This document shows positions 1-10,497 of a DNA stretch of 64,000 nucleotides, piece after piece. This DNA is from Candidatus Paceibacter sp. GTDB lineage: Bacteria > Patescibacteriota > Patescibacteriia > Magasanikbacterales > UBA922. The notes beneath the pieces were generated by a model, which did not search any database, was not told where the DNA came from, and saw only the letters and a list, made by a program, of their open reading frames with translations. The position numbers were made by a program, and so were the translations under genes. Within the stretch, counting starts at the first letter, position 1, and every line of letters begins with the position of its first letter. The stretch covers positions 1,054 to 65,053 of the forward strand of contig DYFM01000007.1 of the NCBI GenBank assembly GCA_020725175.1, read 5' to 3'.

Positions 1-1
1 A

Positions 2-349
2 GATGATGCTGGGGTGTTTATGTATCGCTTTATCAGCAAACTCCGCATCGATGGTCAGGTGGAGCTCGTCCTTTTCAAGCAACGGCAAGATAATCGTAAA
101 GAAATTCTTGATGAACTCACTTTTCCGGAGGTTGAATTTTTGGGTATGGTACAGGAGATTCGTCAAAGTATTTGGCAACGTTATCCAGATGCTAGGATTG
201 AAGTCATGGATATGAATGACATTCCGGCGGATAAAGTCCATACAGTAAAAAATACGTTCTTCGGGCATGTTCGTCTGTATGTTTATTGGTTTTTGAGTCG
301 GGTTTCTTTGCTGTTGAGGCGTGTTTGGCGGTGGTTTCGTATAGATTGA
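2..349 (+). CDS. Hypothetical protein, probably 5'-truncated by the window edge
   Basis: Frame is open from position 2 to TGA at 347-349; no recognisable motif. Confidence 0.5.
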   Translation, partial: DDAGVFMYRFISKLRIDGQVELVLFKQRQDNRKEILDELTFPEVEFLGMVQEIRQSIWQRYPDARIEVMDMNDIPADKVHTVKNTFFGHVRLYVYWFLSRVSLLLRRVWRWFRID

Positions 350-401
350 TCTTAGGTTGGAATGAATTCTCGGAAATTCAAAAAAATATAGTATACTTTT
401 T

Positions 402-998
402 ATGTCAAATTCAAAAGACACCGTGGAAAGACCTTACGGTCAAAAGAAATATACGCGAGACATAGGAAATTCTCCCGAACAGATCCATGGATTACTTTTT
501 GAAGTTTCAGTTGAACTCAGTAAAACTATTCCTGAAAAAGCATTGTGCGATAGAACGATAGGAGAGTTATTTGCCTTTAAGGAATATTTGCCACTAGTAC
601 AGCGGGGTGTGCCGGATGTGCGTGTTTTGGTTCCAGATGAAAAATTTTCACCACAGGAGAGAAGACTTTTGATGGATATTAGACGTGCTCGAGGGCATAA
701 TGAGGCTACACTGACCGGAGAGAGTGATATCTGTGAGCGTGAACATCAATTGCGGGAAAAAGAAGTTTCTCTCCGACAACAGCACCTGGTTGAACTAACA
801 AAATTATACCAAGCTCATTATGGGTTGAGTAATTTTGAGGCTCAACAGTGGATTCGCCGTCAGCCGTACACTATTTTTACTTTGAGAGGTTTGCCGGTGT
901 TTACGTTTATGATTTCTGCTGGAAGAGGTCCATTTGAAACTGATATATTGCAGTTGGAGGCTCGGGTACGAGAGAAGAGTAGGGAGTTTGGGGTGTGA
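402..998 (+). CDS. Hypothetical protein
   Basis: 198 aa ORF with ATG after an AT-rich leader; no motif recognised. Confidence 0.6.
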   Translation: MSNSKDTVERPYGQKKYTRDIGNSPEQIHGLLFEVSVELSKTIPEKALCDRTIGELFAFKEYLPLVQRGVPDVRVLVPDEKFSPQERRLLMDIRRARGHNEATLTGESDICEREHQLREKEVSLRQQHLVELTKLYQAHYGLSNFEAQQWIRRQPYTIFTLRGLPVFTFMISAGRGPFETDILQLEARVREKSREFGV

Positions 999-1117
999 AC
1001 TATTTTATATATTGTTAAAAGAATAGCTTAATACTGTCTAAAATTAGTGTTTTTGTTCTTTTTCTCTTCTTTATACACAGAATATGCTATTGACATATTC
1101 TAATTTAAATGGTTTAC

Positions 1118-1143
1118 TTTGAATATAAATTGTTATATTCAAA
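1118..1143. promoter_or_regulatory. Perfect 11-bp inverted repeat, putative operator of the fic-hsd operon
   Basis: TTTGAATATAA-attg-TTATATTCAAA ending 1 nt before the fic ATG; TTGACA at 1090-1095. Confidence 0.6.
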
Positions 1144-1144
1144 T

Positions 1145-2281
1145 ATGAAATCCTCTGAATTTGTGGCTGGAAGCTATAAACAGCAGTACCAGTATAAGAG
1201 TTTTTTGCCCACACTCATCAACAAGCCATTTATTTGGAAAGATCAGCGCATTGATCTATTGTTGTCTGAGGCTATGCGGTATCTTGGTGAACTCAATGCC
1301 TACTCACAGTTGATACCTGATGTGGATTTTTTTATCAAAATGCATGTGGCAAAAGAAGCAAATGTTTCAAGTAAAATAGAAGGCACCAAGACGGAACTGG
1401 ATGAAGCATTTATGAAAGAAGAAGAAATTGATCCCGAACGACGTGATGATTGGGAAGAGGTTCAGCAATATGTCAAGGCAATCAATTATTCCGTTGCTGA
1501 GCTTGCACATCTCCCCTTATCAATACGTCTCATAAAAAACGCACATAATATTCTTCTGTCCGGTGTACGAGGATATAGTAAGCAACCTGGTGAAATTCGC
1601 ACTAGTCAAAATTGGATCGGCGGAGCGTCTTTGCAAGATGCGTATTATATTCCACCGCATTATAATGATCTTCCCGATCTTCTCACAGATTTGGAAAAAT
1701 TTTGGCATAATCAAGAACTGCAAATTCCAGCTCTCATAAAAATTGCCTTGGGTCATTATCAGTTTGAGACGATCCATCCATTTTTGGATGGGAATGGTCG
1801 TATTGGTCGTCTGATAATTACTTTGCATCTCGTATCTCTTGGTTTTCTCAAAAAACCATGCTTGTATTTGTCCGACTATTTTGAAAAAAACCGAAGAGAT
1901 TATTATGATGCGCTTGACAGACCACGACAAAATAATGATATTGAGCATTGGATCCGTTTCTTTTTGAACGGAGTTTTGGAGACCGCGAAACAAGGGACAG
2001 AGACCTTTGAAAAGATTATTGATCTGCGACAAGAGTACGAACAAGCGATTGATGGTGGTGTTGGTTTGCGACGACAAAAGAATGCAAAACGGTTGTTACT
2101 TGAATTGTTTTCAGATCCGGTAGTTACTGTAAAAGATATTGAGGAGAAACTATCGTGTAGCTTCCAGACTGCTAGTGTCCTTGCGGCTGATCTTGAACAG
2201 ATTGGATTGTTTTCAGAAAAAACCGGGTATTCTCGGAATCGTATTTTTGTATTGCATAAGTATCTTGATCTCTTTAAATAA
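1145..2281 (+). CDS. Fic family protein (Fic_N + Fic + C-terminal wHTH)
   Basis: [12 protein letters not shown] Fic motif, SSKIEG inhibitory motif, C-terminal TGYSRNRIF wHTH-like end; start moved to ATG 1145. Confidence 0.93.
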   Translation: MKSSEFVAGSYKQQYQYKSFLPTLINKPFIWKDQRIDLLLSEAMRYLGELNAYSQLIPDVDFFIKMHVAKEANVSSKIEGTKTELDEAFMKEEEIDPERRDDWEEVQQYVKAINYSVAELAHLPLSIRLIKNAHNILLSGVRGYSKQPGEIRTSQNWIGGASLQDAYYIPPHYNDLPDLLTDLEKFWHNQELQIPALIKIALGHYQFETIHPFLDGNGRIGRLIITLHLVSLGFLKKPCLYLSDYFEKNRRDYYDALDRPRQNNDIEHWIRFFLNGVLETAKQGTETFEKIIDLRQEYEQAIDGGVGLRRQKNAKRLLLELFSDPVVTVKDIEEKLSCSFQTASVLAADLEQIGLFSEKTGYSRNRIFVLHKYLDLFK

Positions 2282-2287
2282 TAATAT

Positions 2288-4303
2288 ATGACAAACTTTA
2301 GCGAAAAAACCTCCCTGATTTGGTCAATTGCAGATTTGCTTCGTGGTGGATGGAAACAACATGAGTATCAAGATGTAATACTTCCATTGGTTGTACTCAA
2401 ACGGCTTGATGATGTACTCAAAGACACAAAACAAGATGTGTTATCTCGATACAATTCTCTGCAAGGACAAGTTGATGTGGATCCAATCCTCAAAAAAACA
2501 AGTAAGGTTGGTTTTTATAACATTTCTGAATACGATTTTGATAAGCTTCTCGACGCACCAAATGATGTAGCAAAAAATCTCCGTCACTACATGAATAGCT
2601 TTAGTAGAAATGTTGAAGAGATCATTGAAAAATTTGATTTTGAAAATCAGCTCTCACGTCTTGAAGGTGGGAATCTTCTTTATCTCATTATCAAAGAACT
2701 CAACAAAGTAAACTTGCATCCAAGTGCAGTAAGCAATCACGAGATGGGTTACATTTTTGAAGAGCTTATCCGAAAGTTTGCAGAAATGAGCAACGAGACT
2801 GCGGGAGAGCACTACACGCCCCGTGAAGTAATACAAATGATGGTGGAGGTATTGTTTACTCCTGATAAAAACAAGCTGAAGCAAGAACATATCATCAAAA
2901 CGGTATACGACCCATGTTGCGGTACGGGAGGTATGTTGACGGTTTCAAAAGATCATATCATCAACACTATCAATAAAGACGCGAGCATTTACCTCTACGG
3001 TCAAGAGCTCAACTCCACTACTTACGCCATATGCAACGCAGATATGCTGATCAAGGGTGAAGACCCCGACAAAATAAAAGGTGGAGAAAAAGACCACTCT
3101 GTGGCAAGTACACTTTCAAATGATCAATTTGAAGGGCAAGCATTCGATTACCTCCTCACGAATCCTCCGTTCGGAGTCGAATGGAAAAAAGACAAAGAAG
3201 CCGTAGAACGCGAAGCCGAGCGTGGCTTTGCCGGACGTTTTGGTGCCGGACTGCCGAGAATTTCCGATGGGCAACTCTTGTTTTTACAACATCTCATCTC
3301 AAAAATGAAAAATCCGATTGATGGAGGTAGTCGTCTTGGTATTGTCATGAATGGTTCTCCCCTCTTTACCGGCAATGCTGGTGGTGGTGAAAGTGAAATC
3401 CGCCGGTGGGTGCTTGAAAACGACATGCTCGAGGCTATTATCGCGCTCCCTGATCAACTCTTTTACAACACCGGCATTTATACTTATGTTTGGCTACTGT
3501 CAAACAACAAATCAAAAGAACGAGAAGGAAAGGTACAACTCATCGACGCACGCACATTCTACAAAAAAATGCGCAAATCACTCGGCAACAAGCGCCATGA
3601 AATTTCTGATGAAGACAAAAACAAGATTCTCAAACTCTACGAAGCGTTTGAAGAAAATGAACACTGCAAAATCTTTCCAACAGAGCACTTTGGTTACCGA
3701 CAAATTACTATCGACAGACCGCTTCGACTTAATTTTCAAGTTTCTCCTGAACGCATTGAAGCGCTCAAGCTTGAATCACAATTCACCAAACTCACAGAAA
3801 GTAAAAACGCCAAGAAAATTGAAGAAGGACAAGCGTTGCAACAATCTATCCTCGTTACACTCACTACGTTTGACAGTACGCTGTACAAAAATCGTGACGC
3901 GTTCATGAAAGTTTTTGATGAGAAGTTCAAAGCAATCAAGCTGTCCGTACCGCTCAAAAAAGCAATATTGAACGCGCTTTCTGAACAAGACGAGACGGCT
4001 GACATCTGCACCGACAGCAAAGGCAATCCAGAGGCAGATAGCAATTTGCGTGATACAGAAAATGTCCCACTTGGTGAAGACATCTATAAATACTTTGATC
4101 GTGAAGTGAAACCGTATGTGTCAGATGCATGGATTGATGAAAAGAAAAAAGATGCGAAAGATGGCAAGGTTGGTATTGTCGGGTATGAAATTCCACTGAC
4201 GCGATATTTTTATACATATGAACCACCACGAGCGCTCGAGGAGATTGAAAGTGAGATTGAAGAGGTGGAGAATGAGTTGCTTACCCTGTTAAAAAGTCTA
4301 TAA
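2288..4303 (+). CDS. hsdM: Type I restriction-modification methyltransferase subunit M (m6A type)
   Basis: GEHYTPREV, YDPCCGTGGML (motif I), NPPFG (motif IV). Confidence 0.96.
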   Translation: MTNFSEKTSLIWSIADLLRGGWKQHEYQDVILPLVVLKRLDDVLKDTKQDVLSRYNSLQGQVDVDPILKKTSKVGFYNISEYDFDKLLDAPNDVAKNLRHYMNSFSRNVEEIIEKFDFENQLSRLEGGNLLYLIIKELNKVNLHPSAVSNHEMGYIFEELIRKFAEMSNETAGEHYTPREVIQMMVEVLFTPDKNKLKQEHIIKTVYDPCCGTGGMLTVSKDHIINTINKDASIYLYGQELNSTTYAICNADMLIKGEDPDKIKGGEKDHSVASTLSNDQFEGQAFDYLLTNPPFGVEWKKDKEAVEREAERGFAGRFGAGLPRISDGQLLFLQHLISKMKNPIDGGSRLGIVMNGSPLFTGNAGGGESEIRRWVLENDMLEAIIALPDQLFYNTGIYTYVWLLSNNKSKEREGKVQLIDARTFYKKMRKSLGNKRHEISDEDKNKILKLYEAFEENEHCKIFPTEHFGYRQITIDRPLRLNFQVSPERIEALKLESQFTKLTESKNAKKIEEGQALQQSILVTLTTFDSTLYKNRDAFMKVFDEKFKAIKLSVPLKKAILNALSEQDETADICTDSKGNPEADSNLRDTENVPLGEDIYKYFDREVKPYVSDAWIDEKKKDAKDGKVGIVGYEIPLTRYFYTYEPPRALEEIESEIEEVENELLTLLKSL

Positions 4304-4307
4304 GCAT

Positions 4308-5570
4308 ATGAGTTTGAAATTAACCAAAACCTACACCCCCTACGACCGCTATACCGATAGTGGTGTTGCTTGGCTTGGGCAGGTGCCAGAGGGGTGGGAG
4401 GTTTTAAAGTTGAAATCAGTAGTTAACATTTTAAATGGTGCAACTCCAAAAAGTGACAGCCTCGAATATTGGGATGGGGATATCAATTGGGTTACTCCTG
4501 TAGATTTAAGTAAGCTGAAATCAAAATATATAACTGATACTCTTAGAAAGATCACAAAACAAGGATATTTATCCTGTGGAACAAAGATAATTCCGCAAGG
4601 TAATATTATAATGTCTTGCAGGGCCCCAATTGGTTTATTGGCAATAAACAGTGTAGACAGTACCACAAACCAAGGCTGTAAGGGGCTTGTGATAAGAAAA
4701 AAAACTAATACAGAATATTTGTACTATTTACTTTCTTCACTAATTCCAGTTATTCAGTTTCATGGCAATGGAAGTACTTTTTCAGAGATAAAAAATAATG
4801 ATCTAGGATCAATTGTTATTTCGCTTCCACCCCTCCCTACCCAACAACGCATCGCCACCTATCTCGATGAAAAGACTGAAAAAATTGACAGGATTATTGA
4901 TAGTAAAAAAAGGTTGGTGGAGTTATTGGAGGAGAAGAGAAAGAGTGTGATTAGTGAGGCGGTGGAAAGTGTTAGTGATGTGAAACGGGAGAAGTTGAAG
5001 TTTGTGTGTTCTATAAATATAGAAACGTTACCAGAAACTACTTATCCTGATTTATCTATTAATTACATTGATATAGGAAATGTAAATAATAAAGGTAAAA
5101 TTATAGATAAAGAGATTGTCAACTTTTCAGATGCTCCTTCTCGTGCGAGACGTATTGTACAAAATGATGATGTTATTATCGCTACGGTACGTACATACCT
5201 AAAAGCAATAGCATATTTTGAAAATCCAGAAGATAATACTATCGTATCTACAGGTTTTGCTGTACTTACTCCCACAAAGAAAGTGCTTGGAAAATATCTT
5301 TACTACAAAATACTATCAAAAAGATTTGTTGACTTGGTTGTAGCTCATTCTACTGGCGTTAGTTATCCAGCAATCAATCCTACGCAATTGGGAAATTTGT
5401 TTTTAGAATATCCGTCCATTGAAAGACAGAAACAAATTGTTGCTGAAACTGATAAAAAAATTCAGGAAATAGAAAAGGTAATCAAAAAAGTAAAACAATC
5501 AATCAAATTATTAACAGAATATAAATCTTCTCTGATCTCGCATGTGGTGACGGGGAGGGTGAGGGTGTAG
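4308..5570 (+). CDS. hsdS: Type I R-M specificity subunit S
   Basis: DSGVAWLGQVPEGW start, two TRDs, PPLPTQQRIA and YKSSLISHVVTG conserved helices. Confidence 0.94.
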   Translation: MSLKLTKTYTPYDRYTDSGVAWLGQVPEGWEVLKLKSVVNILNGATPKSDSLEYWDGDINWVTPVDLSKLKSKYITDTLRKITKQGYLSCGTKIIPQGNIIMSCRAPIGLLAINSVDSTTNQGCKGLVIRKKTNTEYLYYLLSSLIPVIQFHGNGSTFSEIKNNDLGSIVISLPPLPTQQRIATYLDEKTEKIDRIIDSKKRLVELLEEKRKSVISEAVESVSDVKREKLKFVCSINIETLPETTYPDLSINYIDIGNVNNKGKIIDKEIVNFSDAPSRARRIVQNDDVIIATVRTYLKAIAYFENPEDNTIVSTGFAVLTPTKKVLGKYLYYKILSKRFVDLVVAHSTGVSYPAINPTQLGNLFLEYPSIERQKQIVAETDKKIQEIEKVIKKVKQSIKLLTEYKSSLISHVVTGRVRV

Positions 5571-5571
5571 T

Positions 5572-6654
5572 ATGAAATATATATTCATAGACAGCAATCA
5601 ATATAGACATCTTTTTTCTATAAATCAACAGTTCTCAGATGACCTTGTTGAACTTTTATGTAAATTGGCTAATAACGAGCAAATCCAAATTTTGATGCCA
5701 CAGCAAACAAAAGATGAAATTACAAGAAACCGCTGGTGTGATTGGCATTACTCAGAAATAAAAACTCTCGAATCTAAGATAAATGGCTACGAAAAAAAAC
5801 TGGAGGATCTGCAAAAAAATTATCAAGAGTTTGAGTCAGATTATAAAAAACTTAAAAAAGCTATCCAATCGAGAAAGTCAGCTTTTGAAAAGGAAAAGTC
5901 TAAATTAAAAACAAAATTTCTCAGTAAGAGAAGTAGGCAGAATCAAAATTTGAAAAAACTGTTTGAAGCATGCACACACATTCCTGAAAATGAATCACTT
6001 TATGAAAAGGCTCGTTTAAGATTTGATAAAGGTAACCCTCCGTATGACAGTAAAATTGGCGACTCACTCATATGGGAGTCTATTTTGGAACATATAAATA
6101 CTAACTCGACTAATAGACCGACCTTGCTTCTAATTGTGTCTAATGACAAAAAAGCATTTGGGGATGGCAGCATAGATCCGTGGCTAGAAGAAGAATTTAA
6201 GGACAAAACAAAAGGTAAAGACATTACGTTAGTACATAGGTTGTCTGATATACCTGAGTTTACAAAAGAAGAAAAAGATAAAATAGAACTTGAAGAGTTG
6301 GAGAGTATTAAAATGACTGCGGTTGAAGAATTTTGCAATAGTGAAAGTTTTGTATCTGCTGGTGATAATGCTAAACGTCTTTTAGATATACAAAATTTAC
6401 TAACGACCGATGATTTTAAGAAAATATTAGAAGCCAGTACAACAAATCATGAAATTTATCGTTCTTTTTTTACATCTACACCACTATACATGCTACTGTT
6501 TGATGAAACAGGATATCTAAGAAAAGAAATACAAGAAATTGAACAAAGTCTCTGGGAGAATTTCTGTGAAAAATTTGGTTTTCAAATTAGTGAGAGACCC
6601 ATAAAGTCTAAGATAGAAAATACGAACATAACAATTAATGATATACCATTTTAA
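5572..6654 (+). CDS. PIN-domain protein (DUF4935-like) with coiled coil, inserted in the hsd operon
   Basis: N-terminal IFIDSN, GDSLIWES, VSNDKKAF PIN-like acidic motifs; AT-rich; ends in DIPF. Confidence 0.75.
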   Translation: MKYIFIDSNQYRHLFSINQQFSDDLVELLCKLANNEQIQILMPQQTKDEITRNRWCDWHYSEIKTLESKINGYEKKLEDLQKNYQEFESDYKKLKKAIQSRKSAFEKEKSKLKTKFLSKRSRQNQNLKKLFEACTHIPENESLYEKARLRFDKGNPPYDSKIGDSLIWESILEHINTNSTNRPTLLLIVSNDKKAFGDGSIDPWLEEEFKDKTKGKDITLVHRLSDIPEFTKEEKDKIELEELESIKMTAVEEFCNSESFVSAGDNAKRLLDIQNLLTTDDFKKILEASTTNHEIYRSFFTSTPLYMLLFDETGYLRKEIQEIEQSLWENFCEKFGFQISERPIKSKIENTNITINDIPF

Positions 6655-6655
6655 T

Positions 6656-9634
6656 ATGCCAACAAACCTAAAAGAATCCGGCTTTGAAGAGTCAATCGAA
6701 CAATACCTCGCCGAACAAAACGGCTACCGTACCCGCAAACCTGCAGAGTACGACAAACAGCTCTGCATGGACACCGAGCTCATGCTTGAGTTTATTAAAT
6801 CTACCCAACCAAACGCTTGGGAAAAACTGGCAGAAAAACATGGCGATGCAGTAGATCAAAAAGTCCAGGCACGCATTGATGAAGAGATCAGCAGCCAAGG
6901 CGTGCTTGCGGTACTCCGAAACGGTGTCAAAGATCGTGGTATCAAACTCGACCTCGCCTACTTCCGCCCAGCTAGCAGCATGAACCCCGAAACACTCGAA
7001 CTGTACAATAGCAATATCCTCAGCGTCATGCGCCAAGTCAAATATAGTGAGGACAATGAAAACAGTATTGATATGGTGCTGTTCCTGAATGGCCTTCCTA
7101 TCTTTACGACTGAGCTCAAAAACCAGCTCACCGGACAAACAGTACAAAATGCGATTCGTCAGTATCGCAGCGATCGCGATGCAAAAGAAAAGCTCCTCAG
7201 CTTCAAACGATGCCTCGTGCATTTTGCGATTGATACCGACCTCGTCTACATGACGACGCGCCTTGCGGGCAATAGCACCTACTTCCTCCCCTTCAACCGC
7301 GGAGAACACGGATCCGCAGGAAACCCGACCAATCCGAATGGCTACAAGACCGCGTATATGTGGGAGCAGATCTGGAGCAAAGATACGGTGCTCGAGCTCA
7401 TTGGAAACTTCATCTGCCTGACCGTAGAAGAAAAAGTAAACGCAAAGGGTAAAAAGTACAAAGAAGAAAAACTCATCTTCCCTCGCTATCACCAGCTCGA
7501 TACCGTGCGTCGCATTGTTGCCGATGCAAAGGAAGTTGGGGCTGGGAAAAATTATCTTATTCAACACAGTGCCGGATCTGGAAAGTCTAATACTATTGCA
7601 TGGATTGCGCATCATTTATCAAGTTTGCATGATGCTGACGATAAAAAGGTGTTTGATAGTGTGATTGTTGTAACCGATCGGCGTGTCCTGGATAAAATGT
7701 TGCAAGACATTATTAAGCAATTTGAAAAAACAAGGGGTGTTGTTAAGGCCATTGATGAAAATTCGCAACAGCTAAAGATAGCCTTGGAGAGTGGAGAAAA
7801 AATTATTATTACCACCATTCACAAATTTGGAGTAATTGATGAGGTTGTTGGTAGTCTTCCGGGTAAAAACTTTGCCGTGATTATCGACGAGGCGCACTCT
7901 TCTCAAAGCGGTGAAGCATCAAAGAGTCTGCGAGATGTACTGATGATAGATAGCAAAGATGAAGAAAAACAACTTGAAGAAGCAATAAAAGAAGACAAAG
8001 AAACAGAAGAGTCGCCGGAAGAATTTATCTTGCGACAAATGAAGGCGCGCAAAGCGAAGACAGATAACATTAGCTTCTTTGCCTTTACTGCAACACCAAA
8101 ACAAAAAACACTCGAAGTATTTGGCACACAAAGTCCACTGGATGGAAAGTTCTATCCATTTTCGCTCTACTCCATGAAGCAGGCTATCGAAGAAAAGTTT
8201 ATTCTCGATGTGCTAAAAAATTATACACCATACAAGGTACACTTTGCCTTGCTCAAAAAAGTGGAAGACGATCCGGAGTTCAAGAAAAAGAAAGCGCAAC
8301 AGTTGTTACTCCAATATGTTGAACGCCACGAACATGCGATTGGGAAAAAAGTAGAAACCATGGTGGATCACTTTGATAAGTTCATTGCACAAAAATTAAA
8401 TGGAAAGGCAAAAGCCATGATTGTAACCAAATCTCGCCTGCATGCGGTGCGGTACAAACAAGCATTTGATAGTTATTTGAAAGAAAAAGGCCTTGAGTAC
8501 AAAGCAATGGTCGCTTTTTCTGGTACAGTAAAAGATGCAGGGGCAGAATACACTGAAGGGGGTATGAATGGTGTATCAGAAAAAAGTACGGCTGAAGAGT
8601 TTAAGAAAGATGCATATAAATTCATGATTGTAGCAGAGAAGTTTCAGACTGGTTTTGACCAGCCACTCCTCTCTGTGATGTATGTAGATAAAAAGTTGAG
8701 TGGTGTGAATGCAGTACAGACACTCAGCCGACTGAATAGAAGTGCATCAGGCAAAGAAGAAGTCTATGTACTTGACTTTGTAAATGATACGGATGATATT
8801 ATCAAAGCGTTTCAACCATACTATACGACGACGGTTTTATCGGAAGAAACTGATCCAAATGTTCTGCATAACTTGGAACGAGATGTACTGAAATTTAAGT
8901 TGTTTGGTTCTGATGAAGTGGATCACTTTGTTGAGGCATTTTTTAAAAATGCCAAGCCGGATAGCTTAAATAGTATGATAGATGGGTATGTCAATCGGTT
9001 TTTACAAACAACCGAAGAAGAGCAGAATGATTTTCGTGAGGTCTTGACTGATTATATTCGTAAGTATGCCTTTATTTCACAGATTATCGATTTTGAAGAT
9101 ACCGATCTTGAGAAGTTGTATGTATTTGGAAAGTATTTGAAAAGGAAGTTACCAATCAGAAAAGAGTCGCTACCAACAGAAGTTCTTGAAAGTGTAGATA
9201 TGGATTCTTATAAGTTGGTTAAAAAAGAGACCCAGGCACTGCTTCTTGAGGATGAAGATGGAACGATTGAACCGATCTCAAAAGGGTCTGCGGGAAATTT
9301 TGAAGATGAGTATGAGAATCTGTCGAGTATTATCAAAGATGTGAATGATAAATTTGGCACGGATTTTTCACAGGAAGATCGGGTTATATTGAATAGCTTG
9401 AGTCTGAGGTTGCTTGAAGATTCTTCTGTTGCTGGTGCAATTCAAAATAATACGCGAAGTGCAGCAAAAATTAAGTTTGATGATGTTTTCAATGATGAGC
9501 TGGTAAATATGGTCAATAATCATTTTGACTTATATAAGAAGTTGGATAAAAATAAAGATGCTAAAGAGTATGTGCGAAGTCGGATTTTTAACTTTTTGTT
9601 GCGGAAGGTGGGGAAGAAAGAAAAAGTTAAGTAG
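6656..9634 (+). CDS. hsdR: Type I R-M restriction subunit R
   Basis: D-x-ELK nuclease motif, HSAGSGKS Walker A, DEAH, FTATP, QTLSRLNR. Confidence 0.96.
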   Translation: MPTNLKESGFEESIEQYLAEQNGYRTRKPAEYDKQLCMDTELMLEFIKSTQPNAWEKLAEKHGDAVDQKVQARIDEEISSQGVLAVLRNGVKDRGIKLDLAYFRPASSMNPETLELYNSNILSVMRQVKYSEDNENSIDMVLFLNGLPIFTTELKNQLTGQTVQNAIRQYRSDRDAKEKLLSFKRCLVHFAIDTDLVYMTTRLAGNSTYFLPFNRGEHGSAGNPTNPNGYKTAYMWEQIWSKDTVLELIGNFICLTVEEKVNAKGKKYKEEKLIFPRYHQLDTVRRIVADAKEVGAGKNYLIQHSAGSGKSNTIAWIAHHLSSLHDADDKKVFDSVIVVTDRRVLDKMLQDIIKQFEKTRGVVKAIDENSQQLKIALESGEKIIITTIHKFGVIDEVVGSLPGKNFAVIIDEAHSSQSGEASKSLRDVLMIDSKDEEKQLEEAIKEDKETEESPEEFILRQMKARKAKTDNISFFAFTATPKQKTLEVFGTQSPLDGKFYPFSLYSMKQAIEEKFILDVLKNYTPYKVHFALLKKVEDDPEFKKKKAQQLLLQYVERHEHAIGKKVETMVDHFDKFIAQKLNGKAKAMIVTKSRLHAVRYKQAFDSYLKEKGLEYKAMVAFSGTVKDAGAEYTEGGMNGVSEKSTAEEFKKDAYKFMIVAEKFQTGFDQPLLSVMYVDKKLSGVNAVQTLSRLNRSASGKEEVYVLDFVNDTDDIIKAFQPYYTTTVLSEETDPNVLHNLERDVLKFKLFGSDEVDHFVEAFFKNAKPDSLNSMIDGYVNRFLQTTEEEQNDFREVLTDYIRKYAFISQIIDFEDTDLEKLYVFGKYLKRKLPIRKESLPTEVLESVDMDSYKLVKKETQALLLEDEDGTIEPISKGSAGNFEDEYENLSSIIKDVNDKFGTDFSQEDRVILNSLSLRLLEDSSVAGAIQNNTRSAAKIKFDDVFNDELVNMVNNHFDLYKKLDKNKDAKEYVRSRIFNFLLRKVGKKEKVK

Positions 9635-9648
9635 GTAGGTAGACTTTT

Positions 9649-10386
9649 ATGAACACCTTTAAACAATCAGCAATTGAAATATTGAAAAAGACAGGAACGC
9701 CTTTGCATTATACCGAAATCACCCGGTTGGCTTTGGAATCAGGCATACTGGAAACCGAAGGCGCGACGCCGGAAGCAACGATGAGCGCCCAAATTGTAGT
9801 GGATATCAAGAACAAAGGCGAGGGCTCGAGTTTTGTGAGGACCGCGCCTGGAACTTTTGCGCTCAATCCAAACAAGAAAGAAATCAAAGAAACACCAAAA
9901 ATTATTGAAGCAGAAAAAGAGGAAGAAGAAAAAATTGTTATTGCCGGAGGATTTACCGGAAAAGCCGGTGAGCATCTTGTTTGCTCGGAACTTCTTTTTC
10001 GTGGTTTCAACGCCAGTATCATGAGTGTAGATGTGGGGATGGACATTGTGGCGGTCAAAGAAAATCAATTGTTTGGTATACAGGTCAAAACTTCAAATCT
10101 CAATCGTTTTGATACGTATGTTTTTGATATTCGCAAAGTATCTTTTGAACGCCACAGTAACGGAAATATTTATTACATTTTTGTTTTGCACGGCGAGAAG
10201 AAAAACAATTTTTTGATTTTGCCATTTCACGAAGTTGAAAAGAAGGTTCACGAAAAAGCAATTTTGGAGGTTGGATATGGCAAACGCTATCGGGTAAATA
10301 TAAAATTTAGAGATGAAAAGGTATATCTTGGAAATATGGAACACGAAATGGGCTATTTTCTGAATAATTGGGGTTTAATAAAATAA
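9649..10386 (+). CDS. HARE-HTH (HB1/ASXL-type) fused to a PD-(D/E)XK endonuclease
   Basis: AIEIL..PLHYTEIT..GATPEATMSAQI..F.RTAPGTFAL wHTH; GE..V..ELL, D..MDIVA..IQVKT nuclease core. Confidence 0.8.
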   Translation: MNTFKQSAIEILKKTGTPLHYTEITRLALESGILETEGATPEATMSAQIVVDIKNKGEGSSFVRTAPGTFALNPNKKEIKETPKIIEAEKEEEEKIVIAGGFTGKAGEHLVCSELLFRGFNASIMSVDVGMDIVAVKENQLFGIQVKTSNLNRFDTYVFDIRKVSFERHSNGNIYYIFVLHGEKKNNFLILPFHEVEKKVHEKAILEVGYGKRYRVNIKFRDEKVYLGNMEHEMGYFLNNWGLIK

Positions 10387-10497
10387 TGTTCTCGTTTATA
10401 ATAAGTGAAAGAGTGCTTGGCTACTGTACCATTCGTTAAAATATTTATGTGTAATATTTTTTGGTCATCAAGCATTAAGAAACATTTAAAAGGCCGT

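Noticed and set aside
6692-7615. 307-aa antisense ORF within hsdR
   Set aside because: Shadow ORF over the GC-richer segment, with no motifs.
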